NCBI GenBank assembly: GCA_945919375.1
Contig: CAMEJD010000006.1
Location: 7,406-71,405, forward strand
Length of the DNA: 64,000 bases
Source: an uncultured Clostridia bacterium
GTDB taxonomy: Bacteria > Bacillota > Clostridia > Christensenellales > UBA1242
Direction of reading: 5' to 3'
Shown here: piece after piece, positions 26,887-37,117 of the stretch
How the letters are laid out: each line of letters starts with the position of its first letter
Position numbering within the stretch: position 1 is the stretch's first letter
Made by a program: the position numbers and the translations under genes
Notes under the pieces: generated by a model
Database searches by the model: none
What the model was told of the DNA's origin: nothing
The model's input: the letters and a program-made list of their open reading frames with translations, nothing else

Positions 26887-27201
26887 ATGTTAACACACGA
26901 AGAAAGATTAAAAATATATGACGAAGCAACAAAGCTTTGGGGACTTGTTGCACAGTACGACCAATGCGTTGAAGAAATGGCAGAAATGATTGTTGCAATA
27001 AATAAGTATAAAAGAAAGGTATTATATAAAGAATATCAAAACGATGATAAAGTTATAAAAAATTTGGTTGAAGAAATTGCTGATGTTTCTATTTGTCTTG
27101 AACAAATGAAACACTTTTTCAAAGATTACAAAATTGACGAAGTGATTGAACAAAAAATGCAAAAATTTTTAAAAGAGATTGAAGAACAAAAGAAAAAATA
27201 A
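26887..27201 (+). CDS. Small all-alpha MazG-like NTP pyrophosphohydrolase domain protein (tentative)
   Basis: CVEEMAEMIVAINKY and LVEEIADVSICLEQM resemble the paired E-E-x-x-E/D helices of MazG-type domains. 104 aa. Confidence 0.4.
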   Translation: MLTHEERLKIYDEATKLWGLVAQYDQCVEEMAEMIVAINKYKRKVLYKEYQNDDKVIKNLVEEIADVSICLEQMKHFFKDYKIDEVIEQKMQKFLKEIEEQKKK

Positions 27202-27211
27202 CATACAAAAA

Positions 27212-27240
27212 AAATGTAGCAAAAATTTGCTACATTTTTT
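27212..27240. terminator. Bidirectional intrinsic terminator
   Basis: AAATGTAGCAAA-AA-TTTGCTACATTT flanked by an A-run and a T-run. Confidence 0.75.
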
Positions 27241-29803
27241 ATTCACTGCGTAGCGCTTTTACTGGGTCTTTTTTTGCTGCCATTTGTGAAGGTATAAATC
27301 CTGCAAGAACTGTAAGTACAACACTTATAGCAACCAATATAACCGCACTTAATGGCGAAAGTATAGCAAGATTTGTTGTTATGCTTCCACCTGAAACTGA
27401 TTTTATTATTGCACTTATTGGGAATGTTAATATAAAACTTACAACAACACCCAAAAGTCCGGAGCAAAAACCAATAATTAGTGTTTCGGCATTAAATACA
27501 CGAGATATATCTTTCTTCCTTGCTCCAATTGAACGGAGAACACCGATTTCTTTTGTTCTTTCAATAACTGAAACATATGTTATTATTGAAATCATTATTG
27601 AAGAAACAATAAGTGATATTCCAGCAAACGCAATAAGCACATATGATATTATTTTAATAAGTTCGCCAAGTGTTGATGTAAGAAGTGACGAAGTGTCAGT
27701 GCAAATAATTTTTTTTGTGCTATCTGTTTGTTTGTTATTAAATTCGTCTATCATTTTTATAACGCTATCTTTTGCAGTAAAATCTTTTGGGAAAAATCTT
27801 ATTGCTGTTGGAATTTTGCTTGTTCCAATACTCTGCATTGCAATTTCAAAAACTTCTTCATCTGGCAATGTGTATTTGTATTGTCTGTTTAGGAATGAAT
27901 TTATCGCATCAATGCTTGCAAATGACGATGGAATAACACCCTGCAATTCCGATACAGAAATATGATATGGTTGATATAATGTGTAATCGCCATTTTGCTT
28001 ATTTGCCTGTGATTTTTTGTTTATGAGAGAATTTTCACAATCTTCTTTATAGTACTGTTCCAAATCGTGCATATAAACAAGACCTGTTGGCAAAATTTCA
28101 CTTGTTGCATCTTTCTTTAACCTTAAAACGCCTGTTATTTTTACTGTTGTCTCAAGTGAGTTATACTTATTTTCAAGTTCGGTTTGAGAACTTGTGTCCA
28201 AATGCGAAAATGAAGTTATATCATCAAAGTTTTCACTATTTGGTGTGTAGTAATCATTATTAAACAAAAGTTTGTATTCTTGATTTATAACATCTGCAAA
28301 ATTTATTTTTTTGTAACTTGTCCCACCTTCTTCCATTTGTGTGGCAATACCCAAGTTATTTAATGTCTTGTAATTTATTTTATTACCTTTGCCAACAACT
28401 AATAGCATTCCTTTTGTAAAGGCATCACCATTGTTTTTGGTTGGCATACTACTGTAAATAAGTTCATATTGACTCAAAACATATTCAGCGTTTCCCAGCA
28501 TTGGATACAATAGTGAACTTGTGCTACCATCCATAATGCTTATTGTATTTTGCCTTTGAATAAATTTATAATTGCCTGAACTATCTTTTGTTATCATTTT
28601 TACTGGAACATAGTAATTGTAATCAATGGCGTTAAACTTTGGATTAGTTTTTTGTTTGTCTTTTTGTTCAAAATCTTTTACTTCGTCAACAAAGTCTTGT
28701 GTCAATTGGTTATAGTGTCCATATTGTGTATATTTTACTTGTGGGTTATATGGCACAATAACATCTTCATTTGAACCCTGCTCACTATCAGTTGCCGGTT
28801 GCATTGAAGAAAAAGTGCTTGTATCCATTGTTATTGCAGAAACTGCCAAAGGGTAATTTCCTAGTGCATTTGATTGCATATTATTAACATAACCTGTAAA
28901 CCCATTTGAAACTGCCAAAACAAGCGCAATACCAATAATACCTATGCTCCCTGCGAAACTTGTCATAAAAGTTCTACCTTTTTTGGTTAGTAAGTTTTTT
29001 AAAGAAAGCATTATTGCAGTAAAGAATCCCATTGCCGATTTCAGTTTTTTTGGTTTTTGTTTTGCGTTTGGTTCTAATTTTACTTGTTCTTCTTGCTCAA
29101 CTTCCTTTGATATTTTTTCATCGGCATCATATGGCATAGTGTCGCCCACAACCTTTCCGTCAAGCAAGCTGATTATTCTTGTTGAATACTCTTTTGCTAG
29201 TTCTTGATTATGTGTTACCATAATTATAAGATGGTCACCGGCAATTTCCTTTAATAAGTCCATAATTTGAACACTTGTTGCACTATCCAAAGCACCAGTC
29301 GGCTCATCTGCCAAAATTATTTTTGGGTTATTTACAATTGCTCTTGCGATTGCCACTCTTTGCATTTGTCCGCCAGAAAGTTGGTTCGGACGCTTTTTCA
29401 ATTGATTTCCAAGTCCAACCCTTTCAAGTGCCTTTGTTGCTTTTTCTTTTTTCTCTTTTGAACTTATGCCAGCAATAGACAATGCTATTTCAACATTTTC
29501 CAAAACTGTTAGGTGTGGAATGAGATTATATGACTGAAAAATAAAGCCTATGTAATGATTTCTATATGCATCCCAATCTTTGTCCTTAAACTCTTTTGTA
29601 GATTTACCATTTATGATAATGTCACCACTTGTATATCTATCAAGTCCGCCCAAAACATTAAGGAGAGTTGTTTTGCCACAACCGCTTTGCCCCAAAATTG
29701 AAACAAACTCACTTTCCCTAAAACTTATAGACACATTGTCAAGTGCTGTCACTTTGCTATCGCCAGAAACATAATCTTTGGTTATATTCTTAATTTGTAT
29801 CAT
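27239..29803 (-). CDS. Fused ABC transporter, MacB/FtsX type (ATPase plus permease)
   Basis: Walker [13 protein letters not shown], signature [14 protein letters not shown] and Walker [13 protein letters not shown] large extracytoplasmic region follows, then the C-terminal FtsX-type TM bundle ([15 protein letters not shown]). Confidence 0.85.
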   Translation of the reverse strand: MIQIKNITKDYVSGDSKVTALDNVSISFRESEFVSILGQSGCGKTTLLNVLGGLDRYTSGDIIINGKSTKEFKDKDWDAYRNHYIGFIFQSYNLIPHLTVLENVEIALSIAGISSKEKKEKATKALERVGLGNQLKKRPNQLSGGQMQRVAIARAIVNNPKIILADEPTGALDSATSVQIMDLLKEIAGDHLIIMVTHNQELAKEYSTRIISLLDGKVVGDTMPYDADEKISKEVEQEEQVKLEPNAKQKPKKLKSAMGFFTAIMLSLKNLLTKKGRTFMTSFAGSIGIIGIALVLAVSNGFTGYVNNMQSNALGNYPLAVSAITMDTSTFSSMQPATDSEQGSNEDVIVPYNPQVKYTQYGHYNQLTQDFVDEVKDFEQKDKQKTNPKFNAIDYNYYVPVKMITKDSSGNYKFIQRQNTISIMDGSTSSLLYPMLGNAEYVLSQYELIYSSMPTKNNGDAFTKGMLLVVGKGNKINYKTLNNLGIATQMEEGGTSYKKINFADVINQEYKLLFNNDYYTPNSENFDDITSFSHLDTSSQTELENKYNSLETTVKITGVLRLKKDATSEILPTGLVYMHDLEQYYKEDCENSLINKKSQANKQNGDYTLYQPYHISVSELQGVIPSSFASIDAINSFLNRQYKYTLPDEEVFEIAMQSIGTSKIPTAIRFFPKDFTAKDSVIKMIDEFNNKQTDSTKKIICTDTSSLLTSTLGELIKIISYVLIAFAGISLIVSSIMISIITYVSVIERTKEIGVLRSIGARKKDISRVFNAETLIIGFCSGLLGVVVSFILTFPISAIIKSVSGGSITTNLAILSPLSAVILVAISVVLTVLAGFIPSQMAAKKDPVKALRSE

Positions 29804-29950
29804 ATGTGCATCTCCTTTTTTATTGAGAGTATATTGATTAAAACACCTTTTGTCAAATTTTACTTATTCATTTTGCAATGCATAAACAAAATATATAAGC
29901 ATAACATATAAAAATCTATGGGAAAAATATAATAAATTTTAAAAAAATAC

Positions 29951-29979
29951 TAGACAATATCAAAGTTACACTCTATAAT
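29951..29979 (+). promoter_or_regulatory. Sigma-A-type promoter TAGACA-N17-TATAAT
   Basis: TAGACA at 29951-29956 and TATAAT at 29974-29979, upstream of 30009. Confidence 0.5.
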
Positions 29980-30008
29980 GTCAGTGATTTTATTTTAAAG
30001 GGGAATTT

Positions 30009-30611
30009 ATGGCGAAACAAAAGTATATAAGATGTCCTAGATGTGAATTAAATTATATTTTGGAAGACGAAGGGCTTTGCAGTGTTTGTAAGGCTGAATT
30101 GCAAGTTGGTGGAGATAAAGAAGATATGGAACTCTGCCCTGTTTGCAAAACAAACTACATTTCTAGTGATGAAATAATGTGTCCTCAATGTATGGAAGAA
30201 AGGAATATTAGTCCAGAAACAATTGCAGACCAAGACCCAGATGATTGGTCAAAATATGTCAATCAAGATGAAAATGAAAATTATAATGAAGACGAAGATA
30301 ATGATTTGACACCAAAAGATGACCTTGATGACGACGATGATATGCTTGATGATGACCTTGATGATGACGACATTATCTTTGACGATGACGACGAAAAAGA
30401 CGATGACTCTGACACAAAAGAGAAAGACGACTTTGACAAAGAACTTGACGATCTTGATGACCTTGATGACGACGACCTTGACGATGACGATGATGACCTT
30501 GATGACGACGACGATGATGAAGATGATGAAGATGACGATGATGATGACCTTGATGACAACGACCTTGACGAACCAAAAAAGCCAACAAAAGCAAAAAAGA
30601 GTAAAAAATAG
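30009..30611 (+). CDS. Double zinc-ribbon protein with a ~100-aa poly-aspartate/leucine tail and a basic C-terminus
   Basis: CPRC..CSVC and CPVC..CPQC pairs in the first 65 aa. Then DDLDDDDDMLDDDLDDDDIIFDDDDEKDDD...DDDLDDDDDDEDDEDDDDDDLDDNDLD, ending KKPTKAKKSKK. Confidence 0.6.
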   Translation: MAKQKYIRCPRCELNYILEDEGLCSVCKAELQVGGDKEDMELCPVCKTNYISSDEIMCPQCMEERNISPETIADQDPDDWSKYVNQDENENYNEDEDNDLTPKDDLDDDDDMLDDDLDDDDIIFDDDDEKDDDSDTKEKDDFDKELDDLDDLDDDDLDDDDDDLDDDDDDEDDEDDDDDDLDDNDLDEPKKPTKAKKSKK

Positions 30612-30631
30612 ACAATTAATGTCTATTTTTT
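30608..30631 (+). terminator. Intrinsic terminator
   Basis: ATAGACA-ATTAA-TGTCTAT followed by T5, overlapping the stop codon. Confidence 0.6.
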
Positions 30632-30667
30632 CTTATTTTGGCAATAAATTATCACAGGAGCGAGCCT

Positions 30668-30892
30668 ATGATAAAAATAAACACCCAAGCACTTGGCAAT
30701 ATAAAATCACAAATTATGGAACTAAAAGGCAAAGATATTGAACTTTGTGTTAATCGTGGACGAAAAAGATTTGACACAATTCAAGGACGAATTGAAAGCA
30801 TATATCCAAGTGTATTTACCATTATATCAAATGACAAATTGCAAACTTTTTCATACTTTGACATCTTGTGTGGAAATGTAAAAATTGTATAA
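30668..30892 (+). CDS. veg: Veg protein
   Basis: GRKRFDTIQGRIESIYPSVFTI....QTFSYFDILCGNVKI matches B. subtilis Veg ([25 protein letters not shown]...ERVSYSYADILT). Start taken at MIKINTQ (ATG 30668). Confidence 0.75.
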   Translation: MIKINTQALGNIKSQIMELKGKDIELCVNRGRKRFDTIQGRIESIYPSVFTIISNDKLQTFSYFDILCGNVKIV

Positions 30893-30896
30893 AAAA

Positions 30897-30921
30897 ATGA
30901 AGGATTCACCTTCATTTTTTT
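30897..30921. terminator. Bidirectional intrinsic terminator
   Basis: ATGAAGG-ATTCA-CCTTCAT flanked by an A7 run and a T6 run. Confidence 0.7.
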
Positions 30922-31127
30922 GTTATCATTTCCACCAAGTTTTTGTATGTTTTTAATGTTTTTTCATCATTTGCCTTTTCTATAAGTGCCGACAAAAGTT
31001 TTAGTTGGGCACTCTTTTCTTTTTCCAAAAACAATTTTTTTGCCATATCGTTTAATGGTTCAAGACAATAAGGGCAAACATTAAAATCATCTTTTATTTC
31101 GTTATTACAAGCAGGACATTTTTCCAT
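30912..31127 (-). CDS. Small zinc-ribbon protein
   Basis: MEKCPACNNEIKDDFNVCPYCLEP (CxxC..CxxC) followed by a helical tail. 71 aa, and the last gene of a three-gene operon. Confidence 0.5.
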   Translation of the reverse strand: MEKCPACNNEIKDDFNVCPYCLEPLNDMAKKLFLEKEKSAQLKLLSALIEKANDEKTLKTYKNLVEMITKK

Positions 31128-31128
31128 A

Positions 31129-32331
31129 TTACTCTCCTTTTGTATTTAGTTGTTCATACAAATTTTTGTAATCAACATCTTTATTATAGAAGTTTGCTAA
31201 CTTTTCATCAACTTTTTGTTTACAAAGTTCGGCAAGATAATCAACCTTTGCTTCTTCAATTGCGACCTTTTTCTCCAAATTATGAGTTTTGTCATTTGTA
31301 AAGTTTGTTGACCTAACCGCTTCTATTTCATGGTTATTTTCGCCCAAAATTAGGTCAAAGTAGTTATATCCCTTAACTGAATTTTGTGGAACATAAGTTT
31401 TTGATGTGTTTTGGTATCTTGCAAGACCTGACACAAATATTACATTTGAATAATTACCAACCGCATTTTCTGACGATACAAAAATTAAATCTGCGTTTGC
31501 GAGTTCGCCATGTTGTTTTTGTGCTGCATTGTAATTGCCTTGCATAGTTTTTGAGTTGCTTCTTAGATTTGTGTGTATACTTATATCATAAAAAGTTTTT
31601 TTGCCATTTACTTCTTTTGAGATATTAAATACCTTTTTTACCCCACTTACATAACTAATTTTGATTTTTTGATTTCTTTTTTTGAATTTTGAATTAACTT
31701 TTTCTACTGCATATTTTAGCAAAATACAATTAAATTTATCCAAAAGAGCATCTCTTAATATATCTCGGTTTAACATTTTGTTTGCATTATGTTCATCACG
31801 ACCGTTCATTAAGATTATTTCATCTGCACCATTTTCTGCAACATAAGTTAAATAATCAAGGAATTTTGACATTCTTTTTTCAAGACCCCAAAACAAAATT
31901 TTTTTATTTTCAAGCGAGGCTTTGTTAAGTGCTGAAATATTAAACTCTTTCCCAACAATATCACCACTAAAGAAAACCAAGGTTTTATCATTACAATTTT
32001 TATTGTTAATTGCTTGCTTTATTGCCCTAAAAGACGTTCTATCTTCTGCACCTTTTTGTGGGTTTGCCAAATCATACAAGTTAAAGTCATGCAAAAAACA
32101 TACATGCAAATTTTTGTTGCCTTTTACTTCAATTTCTTGATTCCAAACAAGAGGAATGTCTTTTTTCTTTAAAAGTTCCAAGTACTCTTTTGTTCCTGCC
32201 GGTTCACTTTCTTCAAGATCAATATTTGTTGCAAGGTTTACTTTGCCAAAAGTTTCACCTGTTAGTCTGTACCAAAGTTCAAGGATATCATTGCGTTTTT
32301 GTTTGTTGTTGTTTGGATTAACTCCTGACAT
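31129..32331 (-). CDS. Metallophosphoesterase-fold protein with degenerate catalytic motifs
   Basis: Motif I reads LHDFNL (DxH becomes DFN), motif II is SGDIVG (GD kept), motif III is NGRDEHN (GNH[D/E] degenerate), and there is no clear GHxH. ATG 32331 sits 6 nt after GGAGG and 1 nt after the upstream stop. The track ORF starts at 32361. Confidence 0.55.
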   Translation of the reverse strand: MSGVNPNNNKQKRNDILELWYRLTGETFGKVNLATNIDLEESEPAGTKEYLELLKKKDIPLVWNQEIEVKGNKNLHVCFLHDFNLYDLANPQKGAEDRTSFRAIKQAINNKNCNDKTLVFFSGDIVGKEFNISALNKASLENKKILFWGLEKRMSKFLDYLTYVAENGADEIILMNGRDEHNANKMLNRDILRDALLDKFNCILLKYAVEKVNSKFKKRNQKIKISYVSGVKKVFNISKEVNGKKTFYDISIHTNLRSNSKTMQGNYNAAQKQHGELANADLIFVSSENAVGNYSNVIFVSGLARYQNTSKTYVPQNSVKGYNYFDLILGENNHEIEAVRSTNFTNDKTHNLEKKVAIEEAKVDYLAELCKQKVDEKLANFYNKDVDYKNLYEQLNTKGE

Positions 32332-32332
32332 A

Positions 32333-33580
32333 TTACACCTCCAAACTTGTTGAATTGTCAACAGGTTTAACTTTATCTATTTTTGAATCAGTTGCAACTG
32401 GTTGTTTTTCTTTGTTTTTTGACTTATACATTTCCACATATTTGTTTAATGTTTCTTTGTAAGATTTTTCTGCGTGGTCTAACTTTGTTGCAAGTTCAAC
32501 AACTGATTTGTTTTTCAAATTGTCTTTTCTTATTAGTCTTTCAGGTAATGCCCAATCTTTTTGATATAATTTTAATGCCAAACTTGGTTTATCTTCTGTC
32601 ATAGAAAGGGCATGGAATGGATTTATGAATGGTTTATACTTTGGCTCAAATGCTTCATTTGCCTTTGTTGAATACGGATTTATTTGCCAACTTAAATCAT
32701 ATAGCTTCATATTTGTTTTGTTTGCAAACATTTTTTCTGCACCATACATTGTGTTTGCATTTTGGAAAGAATATCCCATTCCAATAAACAAATCATGATT
32801 TTGGTCACCAAGACGTTTCCCATATTTGTCATAAACAGCAACCGGAACACTGTATATTCCTTCTTGTCCCTTGTGTAAATGCTCAATCATAATTCCGTCA
32901 ACCAAAATGCCGGTTTCATCATATATAACTTGCATAAGTCTTGTTGCTCTATCTATATTCCCTGCATTATGAATAAACAAATAATGTTGATATTTTACTT
33001 CCAAAGTATCTGGAGTTAGGAGTGGAATTGAATATATCATTGCATAAGGAATATAATCAACACCAAGCCCATCTGCCAAACGGTTTGCAATTGACATATC
33101 CGAATTTTTGTTTCTATTACCATATTCGCCATCATGGTTCCCGCCGAGTATTGCTATTATTTTTGACTTTATACTTGGTTTGTTTAACAAGTTGTAGGCA
33201 TAAGTTGGTGCTTCACTTGGTCTAACTCTGTTGCCCATGCTGTTTGTTCTGCAATTTGGGTCATTGTTTGCATTGTCAAATGCATCGCCACCAATATGCA
33301 AATGCAAATTAAAGCATTTTGACACTTCATCAAGTGCAAGTTCACACCTTTTTGCCTCAAAGCCCTGCCCACCAATATGCATATCTATTGCCGTTGCAAG
33401 CAAGGCATGTGAATTTACTCTTGTTGATTGTTTTGCGATTACTCTTATTTCATCATTTCTATCATCTTGTACCCTTTCAATAATCGCATCTTTACGTTCT
33501 TCCATTTTGGTTCTATCTGTGTAAGTTGTTGGATTATTGGAGTCTTGAGTATAGTTTAATCCACTTTTTTGAAAAGACAT
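32333..33580 (-). CDS. Calcineurin-like metallophosphoesterase (motifs intact)
   Basis: AIDMHIGG (DxH), HIGGDAFD (GD), ILGGNHDGE (GNHD), FIHNAG, and IEHLHKG (H-x-H). Confidence 0.65.
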   Translation of the reverse strand: MSFQKSGLNYTQDSNNPTTYTDRTKMEERKDAIIERVQDDRNDEIRVIAKQSTRVNSHALLATAIDMHIGGQGFEAKRCELALDEVSKCFNLHLHIGGDAFDNANNDPNCRTNSMGNRVRPSEAPTYAYNLLNKPSIKSKIIAILGGNHDGEYGNRNKNSDMSIANRLADGLGVDYIPYAMIYSIPLLTPDTLEVKYQHYLFIHNAGNIDRATRLMQVIYDETGILVDGIMIEHLHKGQEGIYSVPVAVYDKYGKRLGDQNHDLFIGMGYSFQNANTMYGAEKMFANKTNMKLYDLSWQINPYSTKANEAFEPKYKPFINPFHALSMTEDKPSLALKLYQKDWALPERLIRKDNLKNKSVVELATKLDHAEKSYKETLNKYVEMYKSKNKEKQPVATDSKIDKVKPVDNSTSLEV

Positions 33581-33692
33581 TTTTCCTCCTTTGATTGCAT
33601 TAAAAGTTTAACACACTATATAATGTGTGTCAAGACTGCAAAATGTTAATGTCTTACTTTTTGACATCCATTTTTGCTTAAATTTCAAGCAT

Positions 33693-36122
33693 TTATTTGC
33701 TTACAAATGTAAGGTTATTTCCATTAAAATCAATGATTACACTGCCATGTCTATCAATTTCACCAAGTAACATTTTTTCTGCAATCCTATCTTCAACTTC
33801 TTGTTGAATATACCTTTTTAGTGGTCTTGCACCATATGCGAGATTTGACCCTTTTCTTATTATATAGTCAAGCGCTCTTGATGTCATTTTTAACTCAAGA
33901 CCTTGGTTTGTTAGGCGTTTGTTTATGTTTGCAATCATTATTGTTGCAATTTTTGTCAAGTCTTGCCTTGTTAATGGGTGGAATATGCACACAACATCAA
34001 TACGATTTATAAATTCCGGTTTTAGGTAGTTTTTGAGTTCCCTTAAATATAATTGATTTATATTTTCATCTTCTTGTTCGTTATAGTTTGGGTTTGAGTT
34101 TATGCATTGTTGTCTATATTTTACAACTTCTTCACTGCCAATATTTGATGTCATAATGATTATGCAATTTCTAAAACTAACAACCCTGCCCTGCCCATCA
34201 GTCAATCTTCCGTCATCAAGGACTTGCAAAAGTGCATTAAATATATCCGGATGCGCTTTTTCTATTTCATCAAAAAGTACAACACTATATGGTCTACGTC
34301 TTACTTGTTCGGTAAGTTGCCCGCCATCATCATAACCTACATATCCCGGTGGTGCACCAATCAATTTGGCAACGCTGTGTGATTCCATATATTCACTCAT
34401 ATCAATACGAATAATGTTATTTTCATCATCAAACATCGCCTCGGCAATTGCCTTGCATAATTCAGTTTTACCAACACCTGTTTGCCCCATAAACAAGAAA
34501 GAACCAATAGGCTTTTTGTTGTCATGAAGTCCAACTCTTGCACGTCTTATTGCTTTGCTGACTGCATTAACTGCTTCGTCTTGTCCAACAACTCTTTTGT
34601 GCAAGATGTTTTCCAAATTTATAAGTTTTTCTCTTTCAGTTTCATTTATTCTTGTAACTTCAATACCTGTCCACTTTGACACGACTGCGGCAATTTCATT
34701 TGCCCCAATAGAATTTGTGTTGTTTACCTTTGCATATTTATCATTTAGATTGTTTAACTCTTTTGTCACAACTTCAATTTGTGCTTGAATTTTTGCCGCT
34801 TTTTCATAATTTCTGCCAATACTTGCTTCATCTCTATTGGCCGACAATTGTTTTATTAGATCTTCTTTTTCCTTTATTATGCTTGGCTTTAAGTTAAAGT
34901 TTACTTTTGCTCTACTTGATGCTTCATCAATAAGATCAATTGCTTTGTCGGGTAAACTTCTATCCATTATATATCTATCAGAAAGTGTGGCAGCTGCTTC
35001 AATTGCTTGATCTGTTATGGTTACCTTGTGAAATGCCTCGTAACTATCTCTCAAACCTTTTAAAATCTCAATAGTTTGTTCAACCGTGGGCGGATTTACC
35101 ATTATTGGTTGAAATCTTCTATCAAGGGCTTTATCTTTTTCAAAATACTTACGATATTCGTCAATTGTTGTTGCACCAATCGTTTGGAGTTCACCACGAG
35201 CAAGATATGGTTTTAGCATATCGGCAGGGCTTGTTTCTCCCTTTTCGCTTCCCGCTTGTGCAAGAGTGTGGATTTCATCAATGAAAACAATAATATTTTT
35301 GTTTGCAATAATTGTTTCAATGGCATCTTTTAATTTTTCTTCCATACTTCCACGATATTTTGTACCCGCCATAAGGCCACCTATTTCCATGGAATAAATT
35401 ATTTTGTCCTTTAATTGCTCTGGGACATTCCCGTTTACTATCGCAAGGGCGAGACCTTCAACTACTGCAGTTTTTCCAACACCGGCTTCACCAATCAAAA
35501 TTGGGTTATTCTTGGTTTTTCGGCACAATATTTCAATAATTCTTTCAATTTCATCTTCTCTGCCAATAATAGGGTCAATTTTGTTTTGTCTTGCTTTTAG
35601 AGTTACATCATAACCCATATCTAGCAATTTCTCCGGAAGTGTTTTTGATGTATCATTTTTATCAAGCGTGTCAACATTAAATTCGTTGCTTCCTTGCAAA
35701 AATGTTATAAGTTTTTGTTTTAATTCGGTGATATTTACCCTAAAATATGTTGAGATAAGCCTTACAGCAAAACAATTTTGATTTGAAAGTAATGCATAAA
35801 GCAAATGTTCTGGCCCAACAAAGTTATGCGACAAACTTGATGCAGTTTGTTTTGCCATTCCTAGGATTTCCTTACTTCTTGGTGTAAGCTCAACATCAAC
35901 ACCAATTGCCATACCTTGTGTTGAATTTTCTTCTAACAGTGGTAAAAGATTATCGGTATTTATTCCATATTCCGCCATTATCTTTGATGCCATACAACCT
36001 TTTACACTGCTTACTCCATACAAAAGATGTTCGGTGCCAACCTGATTACCGCCCAATTTCAATGCAAGTTTACCTGCATTTTTTATAACCTTTTCCATAG
36101 TTTCAGTTACTGGATTATTCAT
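33693..36122 (-). CDS. clpC: ATP-dependent Clp protease ATP-binding subunit ClpC
   Basis: Clp_N repeats and two AAA+ modules (GEAGVGKTAVVEGLA; GQTGVGKTELCKAIA). Synteny is mcsA-mcsB-clpC. Confidence 0.95.
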   Translation of the reverse strand: MNNPVTETMEKVIKNAGKLALKLGGNQVGTEHLLYGVSSVKGCMASKIMAEYGINTDNLLPLLEENSTQGMAIGVDVELTPRSKEILGMAKQTASSLSHNFVGPEHLLYALLSNQNCFAVRLISTYFRVNITELKQKLITFLQGSNEFNVDTLDKNDTSKTLPEKLLDMGYDVTLKARQNKIDPIIGREDEIERIIEILCRKTKNNPILIGEAGVGKTAVVEGLALAIVNGNVPEQLKDKIIYSMEIGGLMAGTKYRGSMEEKLKDAIETIIANKNIIVFIDEIHTLAQAGSEKGETSPADMLKPYLARGELQTIGATTIDEYRKYFEKDKALDRRFQPIMVNPPTVEQTIEILKGLRDSYEAFHKVTITDQAIEAAATLSDRYIMDRSLPDKAIDLIDEASSRAKVNFNLKPSIIKEKEDLIKQLSANRDEASIGRNYEKAAKIQAQIEVVTKELNNLNDKYAKVNNTNSIGANEIAAVVSKWTGIEVTRINETEREKLINLENILHKRVVGQDEAVNAVSKAIRRARVGLHDNKKPIGSFLFMGQTGVGKTELCKAIAEAMFDDENNIIRIDMSEYMESHSVAKLIGAPPGYVGYDDGGQLTEQVRRRPYSVVLFDEIEKAHPDIFNALLQVLDDGRLTDGQGRVVSFRNCIIIMTSNIGSEEVVKYRQQCINSNPNYNEQEDENINQLYLRELKNYLKPEFINRIDVVCIFHPLTRQDLTKIATIMIANINKRLTNQGLELKMTSRALDYIIRKGSNLAYGARPLKRYIQQEVEDRIAEKMLLGEIDRHGSVIIDFNGNNLTFVSK

Positions 36123-37117
36123 TATCTAACTCCCTTTATAAGTTTATTTTCCAAACTTTCCATAACGAATTTTGCCCTAAATATTTTTTCTTCTATTGAA
36201 TTTAATTCAAGACTATAAAAGTCTTGCAAATGTCCCAAGTTTGATTGACAAAATAAGTCATCAACAATGCTTGGGTTCTTTATTTTGATTAACCCCAAAA
36301 CCATTCCAAATCTAATTTTGGATAATTTTTCAATACATTCATCATAAGGTAAAATATATGAATTTGTAAGTATTCCATAACTTCTTAAACACATATCCAT
36401 TATAACAGTTTTATTTACATCAAGTAATGTTTTTCTTGCTTTTTGTTCCAAATCTACCAAAACTTGTGCACCTTTTTTAACTGCGTTTATTATATCACTT
36501 TCACTAAGCCCCAAAGTGTATTTATTATGTAAAATATAAAAATAACCATCTTTTCCGTAAGTTTCATCGTTTTTTAATATTAAGCCACTTTGTAATAAAC
36601 TTTGACTTATTTGCTCAATCGCATTATTAAAGTTTAGTGCAGGTAAAAACAATTCAACACTCGCCTTCATTGCTGTTCCAACATTTTTTGGGCTTGCAGT
36701 CAAAAACCCTAAATTTTTAGAATAGGAAATATCAAGTTTGTTTAATATTTTGTTGTCAACTTTATTTAATCTATCGTAACATAAATCAAGACTTTCCCCA
36801 GGCAATTTGCAAATTTCTCTTATATGGTCATCTTCATTTATCAAAATTACAATATTTTTATCAGGGTTGCTTGCAAAACTTGCAATGTCTTTATTGTCAG
36901 AAAGAGCATTTGAAATTGTGCCATTTTCCAAAAGCAAAAGTTGCTTTTGTTGAGGCATATTTTTTAGACTGGTATATGTAAATTCATCACCAAAAATTTC
37001 ATATATTGCCTTTGCAACTCCTTTAGCATTCTCAAAATCAGATAATTTGTTTGGAAATGGCAAATCTTGAATATTTCGTGCAAGTCTTATTTTTGAAGAA
37101 ATAACAATACTTTCCAT
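36122..37117 (-). CDS. mcsB: Protein arginine kinase McsB
   Basis: ISSKIRLARNIQDLPFPNKL and the guanido-kinase-like core, between mcsA and clpC with overlapping stop/start codons. Confidence 0.88.
   Translation of the reverse strand: MESIVISSKIRLARNIQDLPFPNKLSDFENAKGVAKAIYEIFGDEFTYTSLKNMPQQKQLLLLENGTISNALSDNKDIASFASNPDKNIVILINEDDHIREICKLPGESLDLCYDRLNKVDNKILNKLDISYSKNLGFLTASPKNVGTAMKASVELFLPALNFNNAIEQISQSLLQSGLILKNDETYGKDGYFYILHNKYTLGLSESDIINAVKKGAQVLVDLEQKARKTLLDVNKTVIMDMCLRSYGILTNSYILPYDECIEKLSKIRFGMVLGLIKIKNPSIVDDLFCQSNLGHLQDFYSLELNSIEEKIFRAKFVMESLENKLIKGVR

Noticed and set aside
30281-30741. Poly-Ser ORF (30281-30559, -), R/H/Q-rich ORF (30373-30615, -) and Met/Thr-rich ORF (30319-30741, +).
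   Set aside because: These are alternative-frame readings of the GAT/GAC-rich tract that encodes the poly-Asp tail of 30009-30611. Only that frame has a structured N-terminal domain, a promoter, an RBS and a terminator.
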